A model generated the notes under the pieces. The model did no database searches and was not told the origin of the DNA. It saw only the letters and a program-made list of their open reading frames with translations. Positions 12,128-26,083 of a stretch of 64,000 bases of DNA are shown one piece after another (positions within the stretch are counted from its first letter, which is position 1; each line of letters starts with the position of its first letter). Both the position numbers and the translations under genes were made by a program. The DNA is taken from NCBI GenBank assembly GCA_964234715.1, contig OZ174282.1; one strand, written 5' to 3'. This DNA is from Podarcis melisellensis (Eukaryota).

Positions 12128-12144
12128 ATGTCTAATGAGATCGA
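12128..12144 (+). CDS. GRHL3: GRHL3 coding exon 1 (MSNEI, phase 2)
   Basis: aacATGTCTAATGAGATCGA|gtaagt; matches GRHL3 N-terminus MSNE(L/I)D; phase fits exon 2. Confidence 0.92.
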
Positions 12145-14624
12145 GTAAGTTAATTGCTTTTTATTACTTTGAGCGATCGCGTTTTTCAGCGGAGACAGAT
12201 TTTAAGGCTTCCCACTTGTGCTGTGATTTAAGGTGGCCACTTCTCCAATGAAAGTTCTTTAAGAAAGAGCTGGGAAATTCAGTCTTTCCGCCTTCTTGCC
12301 TAGCATTCTCTGATGTCCTCCTTAATAACAGCAAACCTTGAGGCTGTGTGATGCTTTAATGCGCTGTTTATTTTATTTCTAAAAAGAAGAAAAGTAGGTG
12401 TTTTCTGGGTAAAATCCAGCCGAAACTGAACCCTTTTTAAAGAAACTTGTGCGGTGGTGGGTGGCAGCCAAGGGAGCGTGCTTGACTTCCGCTCTGAAGT
12501 AAACTGAAAGTATTTAACTTCGGCTGGATCGTGTCCTAACATTCTAAATTCTGGGGGAGAAATCGCAAGTGAAGGCAGTGTCGCCAGTTTCCTTCGTCTC
12601 CCTCCTTCCTCGGGATGTTTAGTGTGCGGTTATTTTCCCGAGGAGAGTTCTTATTGGTGTGTGTCCGCTCTAGGATACGGTTTCCCTTTACCGCGATCTT
12701 TCAGTGAGGTTTTCCCCTGGATGTGTGTAATTTTCGATAGAGTGATTTCATGGACACAGTGGGATGTGGAAAGTGGTTCTGACTTGAGTGTGTCTCTGCG
12801 TGTCCGTGCGCGCAAGGACTGTCTGTAGTTCGTTCCCAAATGTTGATGAAAACACGTCTTTGGGGAGAATCTTGTGGCACCTTAAAGACTAGCACGTTTA
12901 TTAGGCAAGAGCACTACATCGTGCATATGGAAAATCGCACTGCCAGAAGTCCAGAATGGAGGGCCACTCCTCTAGGATCATTTTAGGATCCACTCTAGTT
13001 GCAATTATGATTTGTTCTTAACACTATATTTTATATAACTCACCTTGTGACCTTCTAGTGAAGGGTGGGTATTTAAAATTAATCATAATAATGTCATCTG
13101 AAGTCAAAGGGAGATGTCCTAGCAGACTTGAAGCTTGCTTGCATATGATTCACCTCTAATTACTTCCTTAGCAGAACTGAGTGATGAAAATTAAGACTTT
13201 TTAGTTACAGTCAGATCCAGGAAAGTATTATGTGGGATATTATTGACGTTTTTCATTGGAAAGTTGAAACCTGGAAAATCTGGCTCCTGTACACATACAT
13301 TTGGTATCATGTTTAATTCCCAGACCTGAATTTCATGATTTCATCATTAAAGGATGTGGGAAGATGTGCTCTGAAAGAGGGGACACCTATTATGTTCAGC
13401 AGAATTCAGTATTGTGCTCTTTTTCAGTATTGTGCTCTTTCAGATGAGGAACACCTGGATATTTTCCTTTGCATGGGTAGCTGTTAAACCTACAGAATAT
13501 GAAAAGCTTTCCTATTGGACTAAAGTTTAGTTGAAGGAATGTGAGAGCTTTCAGGTTGTGCAGTGACTCTTAGCTGGCTACTTTCCATTCAGCCTGACAA
13601 TGGGCCATATGCAAATCACAACTGATTCCTCTCCCAAAAATGTAATTATTGCTTCAGATAGAGTGCGGCCACCTTCAGGGTTCCAAATGCGCAATGCAAA
13701 CGCATCTCCTTTCAAACACAGAATCTCCTGTGGCCACCAGGGGGTGGGGCACAATGAGGCTATGCCTTCAGATTACTATGCCCATGTTCAAACCATTACT
13801 GGTTTGAAGTACAGTTTAGGGGTGTGTGTGTTAATGTTCCAGGAATTGCAGCTAAAGCCAAAATCGCACCTAGCCAAAAACACATTGGGTTCAATGGCAG
13901 GTGGAATTGCCAAAGTCTTTTCCCTGGACACCCCTCCCCCTCTTTCCGCCCCCGTTTAAAAAAACATTTCTGGTAAGCGTGCAAAGCTGGATGTGCAAAA
14001 GTTAAATGTGCATAAATTTCGGGCTTACTGTACAGCTAGGTCTTCTCAGTTTAGATCAAAGCTGGGGGTGGGGGGAGGGATTAATCAAAATGGGATATTT
14101 CACAATAAACCACAGGATAGATACAGATTGTGACTGATGTGTGTACATTGCCTCGCAAACCAAGAGCTGGTATGTGCTAGATGTGTACACACAGCCCATA
14201 TCTTGCACCGACTCTCAGTTCACTAGTAAAAACTTATTCTACTGCTTTCCCCTCCTTGGTATGCATATTTTCTTGAGTTAGCCTATTCATTTGTATTTTG
14301 AAAGATGAATGGTGTACCTGATTGCCTGTCTGTACACACAGTTGCCCTTAGGTTAGGGCTGCTAATTTTCTCTCCTAGAATTGCTCTTGTGTCTTTAATA
14401 GCAGCTCATTCTAAACAAGTGGAGTTTTTGCTTCAATTGAGATGAAGTCATGGGAACAGCTTGGTTCATTTAATTTTTTGTGAACAGACTACAATTTATG
14501 GCATAGAAGCAGGGCCATGGAACAAGCTGGCAACCCCATTTTAAGGCTCCTGTGTGTCTTCTGTTTTAAGAAACAGGCCTTACTCTCTCTTTTAATGGGA
14601 GTGACTTCCCCACATACCTTTCAT

Positions 14625-14800
14625 TGGAAGTGCATTGTATTTTATGAGAAAGGTCCCAGGTTCAATCTCTGGCATGTAGGCCTACAGCTAGGATTGAGAG
14701 AAAACTCTAAATCTAAAATCCTGGGCAGCTGCTGCCAGTCAGTGTAGACAATATTGTTAGATGGACCAATGGTTTGGCTCAGGAAAAGATGGCTTCCTGT
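14625..14800 (+). mobile_element. Old tRNA-derived SINE (approximate bounds)
   Basis: aaggtcccaggttcaatctctggcat B box, ctgctgccagtcagtgtagacaat...agatggaccaatggt body; related copies near 10630, 18790, 39060(-), 43785, 61490(-). Confidence 0.6.
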
Positions 14801-15841
14801 GCTCTCTCTTATTGCTATTTTAATGACTATTTTATACCATTTTATGTGAACTACCTAGATATTTTTTGATAAGTGGTACATAAATAATGCTATACATTTT
14901 AAAATGGCTCTAAGTGTCTTGCATGTACAATTTCAGCAGCCTTACAAAAAATCTACAATTTTGCCTTTGTTACTACAACATTGGGCAACAAGATTCCTAC
15001 ATTGCAGTGGGTTGGACTAGATGACCCTCAAGATCCCTTCCAACTCTACAATTCTGTGATTCTATAACTTTCCCCATCCGTGCATGCAAGCTTTCCGCAC
15101 CTTCTCTGGTCATCTGGTCATGACATGAAGTAGGCTGTTGCCTGCTTGCGTTTCTAGTTTGTGCTAGAAATTGATTTGATCCTGATGCTTTGTTGCTGCT
15201 AAGTTCCTATAGCTGGAGGCATCTGTTGCATCTGCCTCTATGGTTCTAAGCAGTAGCTAGAGGGAAGTTTATAGATCAAAGGAACTTTAGCTTGCCTTAA
15301 TTATGGCACCCGGACCAAATGCAAGTTGCCGGCTGTAAAATACTAGCTTGTGTGGAAGCTGTAAAATGTGTGCATGTGCACTCCAGTGGTATCATAATTG
15401 TCATCACTGCTCTTGCAGGATAGTCTGTGTACAAGGCACCTTATAAAGCAGGGCTGGGGGCTCTGGGCCCCTCCAGATGTTGCTGGACTACAACTCCCAC
15501 CATCCCTGAACTACTAGTCATGTTGGCTGGGACTGAGAGGAGGCGGAGTCCAACAGGAGTCTGGAGGGCCACAGGTTCCCAATTCCTCTTCTAAAACAGC
15601 CTAACCAAAAGAGGATCCTGTTCTGAAGAACTGCCAATCAAGCCCATGTAAGGAGCAGGTGTTTGGACACTTTCCTTTGTGAAGTCTTTGAATGGTAAAA
15701 GTTTGAGAGCCTTTCCTAAAATGAGACATAAGAAGAGTGCTGGATCAGGCCAGTGGCCCACCTAGTCCAGCATCCTGTTCTCACAGTGGTCAACCATTTA
15801 GCTGTGGTCTTGGCTTTTATATACAGATATACTGAATGGCA

Positions 15842-16202
15842 GGGACGCAGGTGGCGCTGTGGGTTAAAGCCTCAGCACCTAGGACTTGCCGATCGAAAGG
15901 TCGGCGGTTCGAATCCCTGCGGCGGGGTGCGCTCCCGCTGCTCGGTCCCAGCGCCTGCCAACCTAGCAGTTCGAAAGCACCTCTGGGTGCAAGTAGATAA
16001 ATAGGGACCGCTTACCAGCGGGAAGGTAAACGACGTTTCCGTGTGCGGCTCTGGCTCACCAGAGCAGCGATGTCACGCTGGCCACGTGACCCGGAAGTGT
16101 CTCCGGACAGCGCTGGCCCCTGGCCTCTTCAGTGAGATGGGCGCACAACCCCAGAGTCTGTCAAGACTGGCCCGTACGGGCAGGGGTACCTTTACCTTTA
16201 CC
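15842..16202 (+). mobile_element. Full-length Sauria SINE
   Basis: tRNA-like head (A box tggcgctgtgg, B box ggttcgaatcc), (ACCTTT)n tail, perfect 14-bp TSD TATACTGAATGGCA (15828-15841, 16203-16216). Confidence 0.92.
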
Positions 16203-18531
16203 TATACTGAATGGCAATTCAGACCAAAGAGATTGTGTGAGTCAATGTCCCAGCTGTTTCAGCGCTCCCTCAAAATTAATGGCTTTATTATTCCATCCTC
16301 CCTTCTCTTTCAAAGGAAGTTACTCACCTCTTTCTTTTGTGATGCTGAATGCTAATGGTTGGGGGGGTTGGGGGGGAGAGGTGCTGTTTAAAGTATTTTC
16401 TGCTTTCTCTCCCCGTCTTGAGAATTGTGGCTTCATTTGCTTTGATGCTTTCAGCTAAATGGATGCAAGTGAGCCTGTCTGCCACCTCTATTCTGTTTGA
16501 ACTGTGTGGCTTATGCAGGCATGTGATGGGCAAGCTTATTCTGAATGATTGATCAGGAGGATGATCAATGGCCAGACTTTATATGGGTTGGTTTTGACCT
16601 GAAGGCGTGGGCAGCAGAACTTTGGGAGAACTGCAGGTGCCTTCAAAGAGCACCTTCTTTGACAAGAGCAGAAGAGACAATGCCCTCGAGGTCAAAATCA
16701 TTTGGGGATGGGCTCGGTTCAATAACCATTTCCAGAATAGCCAGGAGGGCTTTGAGGAAGGGATGAGCAAAAGTGAGAAATGAACTCCCTTACCAAAATG
16801 GCAGTCCAGCCACAGTGTTCTTGTAAATTGCTTGTTTGAAATTTTGGTGTCCCCACAGCGACTTGGGCTTCTGGGAGTTACAAGTAAATATACAGACCTT
16901 GAGGAGGAAAGTGGCAAGAATCCCTGCCTCATACTTTGAAGGAAAGAAATATCAAATTGTTTTTATTTTCTTAGGAATATTTTGTGTTATGTAGCCCACT
17001 TGCAAGTAGTTGTTCTTTTAAAATCCAGCCTCTTATAAACCATGTTAAACAACTAAATAAGATAGTATTATTTCTTGGTAGCCCCTGTGCTCAGGCAATA
17101 GTTTTCATTGATGTTACCTTCCCACCCTTCCTCTGAAGCAGGGTTGGGGAACCTGTGGCCCTTCAAATGTGGCCGGACTCCAATTCCTATCAGCTCCCAT
17201 CAACCTGGCCAATGTCCAAAACATATGGGGTGCCACAGGTTTCCTGTTTCCACTCTAAAGAAATGTAGGAGGCATTCGTGCTTTCCCTGTTCCTCACAAC
17301 ATCCTTTGAAGTAGGAGGTTAGGCTGAGGTGGTGACTGGCCCAAAGGACACAACGCTAAGCTTCCTGGGGGTGTCAGCATCTGAACCTGGACCTTCATGC
17401 ACTTCCTAGTCTAGACACTGCACCATGCAGAAGAAAGATGAATAGTGTTCAGCGTCCTTCTGAGACAAGGGACATAATTTGTGGCTCTTAGGTCTGAAAT
17501 ACAGAACTGAAAGAAAACTTGTGGAGAAATGTTTTCTTCCTGGATTTCTTTCCACTAAATGAATGGATTTTGGCACGTGCATATTTAGATGAGCCCTTTT
17601 TTTGGAAAACCTACCCAATTAAGACAGTCTACGTTGACTTGTGTGAAGTGATGGCAGCCTACACCAGAGGGGGTGGGGAGGCTGTGAATAACCTGTGGCC
17701 CTTCAGATGTTTCTGGACTCCCAACTCCCATAACCCCCAGCCCACATAGTGAATAGTCAGGGGTGATCTGGGCATGGAGCAGGAGGAGGTGGGGGCGAGT
17801 GGTGTATCTGCCACCTGAGGCAACTGCTTCACCACATGGGCAAGGAGGCCCTCCCTTTCCCATCGCTCCCAGATGCAGTACTTTTCTATGAAGAAAGTTG
17901 ACACATTCCGCTGTAATCCAGTGTTGAAAAAAATCCAGTAACGTACACGTGTGTGTGAGCTAGCCCATACTTATTAGGAAAACCAGGGCTGGCTCTGGCT
18001 GTCTGTTGTGAATAGTGTGAGAGTTCATGAGAATCTAGATTGTGACAGCAATGGCAAAATGTGGCAGGAGATGTCCCAAAGCTCTTTAAAGCTGCATTCC
18101 ATTCACTGGAAGGAAAAAAAATAGGTTGAAAAATAGCACCTTTGCATGTGATCCAACAATGGGCTGCATTTAAAGTGTAGGACCTCCCACAAAGAATCCT
18201 GGGAACTGTAGTTCTGTGAGGGGTAAACTACAGTTCCCATGATTCTATGGGGGAAAGTCATGTGCATTAAACGTGTGGTGTGCACATAGCCTCAGACAAA
18301 GCTTTTAACAAGCAGGGCCTTGTCAGCAAGCCAGAAGTGCGTCGAGGCAGCAGGCAGCCCTGAAAGAGTTAACCAAGAGCTGCTCCCTCCTGTGGTTTTG
18401 TGGTCGAAACCATGATTGCCAGGAGCAAATTTTTGTCATGCAACAAGGCGTGCTATTAAAATGTTGAGTTATGTTTTTGGTGAATGAAAAGGTTAAAGCC
18501 CTTCATTAAGGCACAGAAGGGCTGGTCCCTG

Positions 18532-18533
<2 letters not shown>

Positions 18534-18603
<70 letters not shown>
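18534..18603. repeat. (GA)n microsatellite, about 35 units
   Basis: Directly visible. Confidence 0.98.
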
Positions 18604-18607
<4 letters not shown>

Positions 18608-20689
18608 TTTTACAGTCAAGCTGCTGCTGCTGGCTGTTGTTTTCCCTCTCTCTCCCTTTCTCTCTCTTATTTCAAATTAAAATTATACACAATTCTGTTT
18701 GAAGAAGATAGAAAGGTAGGGGCTTACAGCTGGTCCTGGTTTTTTAAAAGTAAGTCCAGTTCCTGTTTTTTCTTAGGTGTATGCATTGGAGAAGAGTCAT
18801 GTCTTAGTGGTAGATAATCTGCCTTGCCAGCAGGTAGGGACAGGAGAGACTCCTGTCTGAAACCCTGGAGAGCTGCTGCCAGCCAGTGTCCACAATACTC
18901 AGCTAGGTGGACCAGGGAGAGCTTCCTATATTCCTAGGTTCTTCCTACGCTGTTACTGTGTGCCTAATCCCATGATTTTCCTTGCCAATTTAAGTTGAAG
19001 GCAGCGTGTTCTCTGAATTGAGGGAGGGGGTGTCAGTGCATATGGTGCTAGGCCAGTGAACCCAATAGCCAATGTCCAGTTCCCATAGGGTCACTTGGGC
19101 AGCAGCTGGGGTTGGAATTCCTGCAAAGAATACCCACCTCAGCAGCACACTTTTTACCTTCCAGCAGCACACTTTTTACCTTCTCATAAAATAAGGCATG
19201 TTCTGCATAATTTAAGGCAGATAACCTGGATACGGCACACCATAACATTTCAAAGCGCATAATCCTGGGAGTTGTAGTTTGCTAAGGGTGCTGGGAATTG
19301 TAGCTCTTGGAGGGGCAAAGTGCAGTTCCCAAGATTCTTTAGGGAGGAATAATGTGCTTTAAATGTTTGGTGTGAACACAGCCAAAGTGTGGAGCAACCA
19401 CCCCTTGCTTTGTAAAATTATATCCCACCATGGGGTTTCAAACAAAATAAGAGAGTGAGTGGGTAGGTCACAGAAGACCGATACCAGCCCACCCCATCTC
19501 TAAATAATCAAATTTTTGCACTGGGGTAACCAAGATACTTTTTCCGATACCAGTGTTTGTGTTTGTGAGGCACCCTGTGCCCCTTAAAAGCTTAATTTTA
19601 AGCAAGCCAAGAGCCAAATCTAATAAAAAGCTTTACAATGTTTTACAAGGATCAAGACTTCATCCAAGCCATAGGTGTGGCTTCTGGAAAAAAGCTTCCC
19701 CCCTGTACCAGGGTTGGAGCGGCCTTTTTAAATCCTGAGAATGTTCCCATGCTTTTAACATCTGTATTTAGGCTGAAATTCAGAAGCTGTAGCTTTCCTA
19801 GTTCAGAGTTCAATGCTTGCAAACGTTTTACAGAACTGAAATGAACTTTTCCACAACTTCAAAACGTTGGCTACATTTTTGGATCGAGGACTGACCTTCT
19901 CAATTCCAGACATTTTGAAATATACTTGTAAATTCCCCCTCCTTTTCTCTGGTTTTTTTTTTTTTTAATCCCTAAATCTATCAGCATCCAATTTTGAAGC
20001 AGGGGAACCCTTGAAGAATAGGATAAAAATTAAAATTTCTTCAACAAATGCATGCTAAACGAATTTGTTCCCCCCATAAAATTAATTTCAGCTGTAACAA
20101 TAAATTTTGGTCTGTCATGCAGCCTTACCTGTAACTTAGTTCTGGAATATGTGAAAGAGTTGCCTTTGAGTGTGCATGGTGCCCCAGAACCCAGACCTAA
20201 ACATCTGGGATTTGTAATTCAGAGTTTTATCTCTAGGTCTAAAGGTGTGGAGTTCAAAACGGATTGAGATTCTTAAAGGCATTTGTTTAGTCTTCTCTCT
20301 CTATGTGTGTGTTAATTAGTGTACAATTGTGTTTGCCTTGATGTTCCACCAGTAAACTATAAAACAACCACAAAAGACAATGAGAAGCAAGTACAAGGCT
20401 GGCTTTTAATAACGCTTTTATTAAAAAGAAAAAACGTTTTCCGGAGCTCCATGAAGTGTGATGCCATCATGTCACACAATCTGGTTTTAGAAGTTATTGC
20501 ATCCCATGGCACTCGCCTAATAAATGTAAACCACCTGTGACTCTCTTGTTGTCACAGTTTGGAAATTGTACACTTAGTGCAATCTTATAAAGATTTTCTC
20601 AGAAGTGTTCAGTGGGCCTTACTGTCCAATAAGTAGGTTTGGGACTTTTTCCTAAAAGCTGTACTGACTTGCAAAGAGTTTGGTGGTAG

Positions 20690-20935
20690 AAGAAGAAGAG
20701 TTTGGATTTGATATCCCGCTTTATTGCTACCCTAAGGAGTCTCAAAGCGGCTAACATTCTCCTTTTCCTTCCTCCCCCACAACAAACACTCTGTGAGGTG
20801 AGTGAGGCTGAGAGACTTCAGAGAAGTGTGACTGGCCCAAGGTCACCCAGCAGCTGCATGTGGAGGAGCAGGGAATCGAACCTGGTTCACCAGATTACGA
20901 GTCCACTGCTCTTAACCACTACACCACACTGGCTC
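20690..20935 (-). mobile_element. Full-length CORE/MIR-like SINE (Squam3-like) with (CTT)n tail
   Basis: Minus-strand head gagccagtgtggtgtagtggttaagag, B box ggttcgattccc, CORE-like gtgaccttgggccagtcac; 6-bp TSD TGGTAG; older copies near 17280, 49650, 56350. Confidence 0.82.
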
Positions 20936-22570
20936 TGGTAGGGTTCTGGACAGTCTTACTGCAGGCTGCAGGGAGAGGAAGCTCTATTTTTGACTGCCCC
21001 ACCCTGCATAGACCTTCTTGCATGTGATAAATAAGAGCACCAGGGAGAAGTGGTGCTTCTTTCTCAGTCATGTGTCTAGAACAGGTTAGAAGCTATGGCT
21101 CTAAACACTAAAGGGGAACCTGCACCTCCACAGATGTTCCTATATTTGCCATGTAAGAAATTGCTGTTGGAGAAATGGATTCTGGTTTTGAAGTGTTTTG
21201 ATCTGGGCCTTAATTTCAGTCTAGACCTGTAAGTCGGTTTCCTCCAAAGAATCCTTGGAACTGTAATTTGTTAAGGGTACTGGGAGTTGTAGCTACAGTT
21301 CACACGATTCTTTGGGGGAAGCCATGGGCTTGAAATGCATGCTGTGGATGTGGCCCCAGTTGAGATGGCCCGCTTGCTTAGATGCAGTGCAGCTTATTGG
21401 ATTCCGTGTACAATGTGGCCCCTGTGCCCCTTAAATGGTAGCATGGAGGGGAGCCGAGTGCCTTCGTTTGGAAATCCTGAGAAGCCTGATGAAATCTGGG
21501 GATCATCAGACCTTGAGAACTAGTCACCCTAGAGTCAACTCAGGAATGGCAGTGAGTGTGTACATATGCTGTTATCCCCCAGAACTGGGGGGAAACCAGA
21601 GTGTACACGAACACACAAAAGAAGGAAGGAAGAGGAGGTCGTTCTTCAAATCTTTCCTTCTGTATTTTAGATGTGTGATGTGCATTCAACTTTAGTGTGC
21701 TGCCTGAATCCAGAATCATAACTTAAGTTCTCGCTTCCTAAATTACAATCTGCAACAACTGACCCTGATTCTGGGTTCAGACGACCCACTCGCTCACATG
21801 ACCAGGTGGGGGCAATACGGACACCCCCACCCTCTTCCATTTTCTTTCTGGTTGCCATCTGAAAAGCCTTTTTTGTTTTATTTATATATCCTGCCCTTCT
21901 GTTTTACAAACCCTTCAAGGAAGCTTATAATAATTGTGAGGTAAAGATAGAAGAATCTTTTTTAAAAAAAAACAAACCAACATGACTAAAAATCTGCACT
22001 TTTAGGAAAGTTAAGAAGTCTGAACCAAGTAAAAGATCTTCATATGGTGTCAAAGGGCAGAAGAGTACCAAGCAAGCCTCCTTATTGAGAAGAAGGTCCA
22101 TAAATGGGGTGCCCATCACTGCAAAGGCCATTCCCTGGTCACCACCCCCTGCTTGTCTTCTGAAGGGCCTCAGGGGACCACGGCCGTGTCTTGGCTTAAT
22201 AAAACATGCTGGCATGTGAGCAGAGTGCACACTGACTGATCACTCCTGGAAGTGAGTGGGTGTGAGTGGGTAAGCAAACCAGGAAGGAAATGACCTAGTG
22301 CTAAAGCCAAATCTGGAACCGTGGTTTGTTGCTCCCTCACAGACCATGTGATCTGTAAGCCAACAACAAACCATGGTTTCAGACTACCTGGTGCTTGTGA
22401 ATCATTATGGTGAAACGAACCGCAACCTTGAGTTTAGTGGACATGATGCTAGCTGAGTGATCCTCTTCTTTGTGTGTCAGCAAACACAGTATTCCTTATT
22501 AATCCAATAGCCTTGACTTACTGTTCTGTGTGAATGCAGCCATTCCTAACCATGCATGCTTGAGTGGGAG

Positions 22571-22983
22571 NNNNNNNNNNNNNNNNNNNNNNNNNNNNNN
22601 NNNNNNNNNNNNNNNNNNNNNNNNNNNNNNNNNNNNNNNNNNNNNNNNNNNNNNNNNNNNNNNNNNNNNNNNNNNNNNNNNNNNNNNNNNNNNNNNNNNN
22701 NNNNNNNNNNNNNNNNNNNNNNNNNNNNNNNNNNNNNNNNNNNNNNNNNNNNNNNNNNNNNNNNNNNNNNNNNNNNNNNNNNNNNNNNNNNNNNNNNNNN
22801 NNNNNNNNNNNNNNNNNNNNNNNNNNNNNNNNNNNNNNNNNNNNNNNNNNNNNNNNNNNNNNNNNNNNNNNNNNNNNNNNNNNNNNNNNNNNNNNNNNNN
22901 NNNNNNNNNNNNNNNNNNNNNNNNNNNNNNNNNNNNNNNNNNNNNNNNNNNNNNNNNNNNNNNNNNNNNNNNNNNNNNNNNNN
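22571..22983. other. Assembly gap (413 N) in GRHL3 intron 1
   Basis: Run of N. Confidence 1.
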
Positions 22984-25900
22984 GGGCTTTGTTTTTAACC
23001 GTAACTTTGATGGCACAGTGCTTTTTTCCCAAGCAGGGAGAAAAGGCCACCTTGTCTGTGTTGCAAAACTGTGGGTTTTCCCACCCTGACCCCACCCGCT
23101 TCAATCTCCCCCTTTTAGTCTGACAGCTACACAAAAGAGAACAAGCTTGTAAAAGAAAGAAGAAGAAAGTTTGTTTAACCACACAGAATTACCCACAGAC
23201 AGAGAAGTCAAGGATAGCATGACAAATAACTGCAAAGTGAGTGGGTGGGGTGGGAGGGTGGGATTGCTGCTTAGAGAGGATTTGGGGGCATTTAAAAAAA
23301 GGTGAGGTGCTATATTGGGGGTCAGGGGTGCAGGGAACCACAACCTGTCGCAGAGTACCTTCCTACTTACATCATTCGGCCCCACAACACACAGACGTGG
23401 AGAGTTTTGTTATTCACATTTGGAATTAATACAGGGAGTTTGCAACTCTGGGCCTCTTGGAAGAACTTTTTTTAAGGTGTGTATGTTGGGGGGGGGACTC
23501 CTGCACATCTCATTCTGTATTAACCTTTTGCTGAAAGGTAGTACAGTATATAAATATTCTACATAAATATGAATAATGTAACCAGTGGAAGCTGGTACCT
23601 GTTGGGAATGTTTGGACTGGAAGGTAGAGCCAGAGTCCCCACTGGACTGGTGTTAAGTACGGGGGCAAGCAGACAGGGGCTGGTGGGACAGCACCTCCCT
23701 CACCCTAGTGGACCAGCCCAGCCCACACTGGATGTAACAATCTAGAGTACAGCTTAGCTGATCAATAAGGTCACATCACCAGGGATGATGGTGGTGGCCT
23801 TTGCAGGGCTGGAGGGATGTCAGGAGGAAGCTGACTGGGCAAATAGGGAAAGTGAGGAAAAGATGCTCTACCCTGTGCAAAACCATTAAGTCTCGAGTCT
23901 AAAGCTATATACAGATTTGCACAGTGAAGTGTTCCTCGCCCCGCTGCCTTTCAAGTTGCTTTCTCACACCAGAGAAGGGCATGTCTCCACCCAATGCACA
24001 TTGCTTGATTTCCTGCGCTGAACTCCTGTTCAATGAAGCTGCCCGCTGGGCCATGGGCATGGGCTGGAATGTACACACCTGAAGCTGAACTGCAGCTGCT
24101 GTTCTCAAATCGGATGGAAGCTGGTTTGAGGGAAGGCAGTATTTCCCCAATACACTACAGGGTATCTATGGATTGTGGCAACGCCATGTGTTCTCTGCTT
24201 CAAACACCAGTGGTGAGGATGCACCGGAGCTGGAGTAAAAATGGCAATCTGTACACAGCTTAAATTGCTGAACCACATCACTGCGTCTGCAAGGCACTTG
24301 CAAACCTACACATGTCTTCTCTGATCCTGTGCGTGTGTCCTGATCCTGTGTCTACCCTTGTGTGCACCTACCCCCAAAAGTTCAATGGTTCTCCGCTCCT
24401 GAGAATATGTCGTAGCTGGGAGCAAATTGCTTATGCACATTAGTTCATGCTGTAACTGTGGGGAGATGCTGAGCATGCATGCATTGCTTTGTCAGCTTAA
24501 GATACAGCGGCAGACCGTGGGGAGCCTAATTAAAAAATAAATAAAGGAGAAGGGAAGTCCAGGCAAGGCTTGGAGAGAGCCCATCCCTGGGCTGAATAGC
24601 CCTGCTGCTGATTCTCTGCCCTCCCCCTTACTCCTTTTCATGTGAATATTTTGGATTCAGTCTGGCTGAAGGTTCTTGTCTGAACAGGATTAAGCAGAGT
24701 TGATGGTGGTGAAACCTGAGTCATCCTAACGTGTGCTCCTTGGAGACAGTGGGGCGGCACTGAAGGGGAGGGAGGGCTGCGTGAGAAAATTTAAAGACAA
24801 CGAAACTTCCACTTAAAAAAACGCATGAAAAAAAACCACCTGTTGGTGTTTTTATGCAGTGGGTGAAACTGATGAGCATTAGTGCCATCATGTCCCGTTG
24901 GGAGAGGCTGGTGGGGAAGGGGCAGATCTGTTTGCTCAAGAATGGGGGGACGTAAGCTTGTGCTCTTACGCACTTTGGCTTGGATTTCCCTCCTCCTTTC
25001 TTCATACTTAGGGAAAGGGGAAGCAAAATTCTGGAAAGAATAATAGAAGGGGACCCCAAGGGCCATCTAGTCCGACATTACATTTTTGCTGCCATATTGA
25101 AAGCATAAAAGCATATAGATTTTTTTCTAAACATATTGCTGAGTATGCACATCAACATGCCTGCTGTGGCCCTATAGTCGCCCCAACTTCTCTTCTTTTC
25201 TTACAGGCCTCTGCTCTTCTGCTTTTAAACAACAGCTTCACATGCAGATAAACTCTAGTGATCATTGTCACCTCCAAGTTGTAAATAAAACTTTTTGCAG
25301 GCAGAGCTGCTCTGGAAGGCATAGGATCATCCCAGGCTGCAACTGCTGCTGCTGTTTTTTCCCAGTCACTTGACAGTGCTTAGTGGTCCTTGTTGATTAG
25401 ATGCTCAGAAATAGTTAGATGATGCTGGCTGATAACCACGGAGATGGTTTTCTGTTGCCTGTGATGACTTGGTTGCTTGAGCCACCTGGGTTTCTTTGGC
25501 CTGGGGCTCTTCGAACTTGGTGCCTCCTAGTACTTCCTGTTGTTGCATACTCTACAGCTGTTTGGCAGTTCTAATGGCCAGGCTATATCCATCATGCATA
25601 GCGTAGGTGGGGCAGGCGGGCTGTTTTCTCACTAGATCTCTGCCTGTGCAGGGATGGCGTTAACGATCTGGCCCTCCACATGTTGCTGGACCAGTTCCCA
25701 TCAGTCCCAGACAGCATGGCCAGTAGTCAGAGATGAGGGGAACTTAAATCCATCCAAGGTCTGGCAAGCCAGAGCTTCTCCACTCCTGATTCTGGCTGAA
25801 CCACTGGTATTCCCACCCCACCCCCAACCCTAGCAAGTTGGCTGTCAGGCTTTATGAAAGGCCATAGGGCCTTTGCCAGCAAGATGATGAACTGATAAGC

Positions 25901-26083
25901 TAAGCAAGCAGTGAGAGTATCCCTATTCCAAGAAGGCCACATTAGGCCTTAGTGATTCCTGAGGGCCACTGTGGCTGTAAGCATTCCAACTGGCTCTCCC
26001 CCCCCCCATGAGGTAAATTCATTGCGTTGTATCCCAGTAAGTTCCACTCAGAATAAACCTGCTGAAATTTATGGACCTACATT

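Noticed and set aside
15753-16458. Overlapping ORFs and tRNA-like A/B boxes
   Set aside because: Explained by the GC-rich Sauria SINE; not a gene or true tRNA
22499-23182. Long ORFs of 144-227 aa in the ORF track
   Set aside because: Artefacts of reading through the N gap
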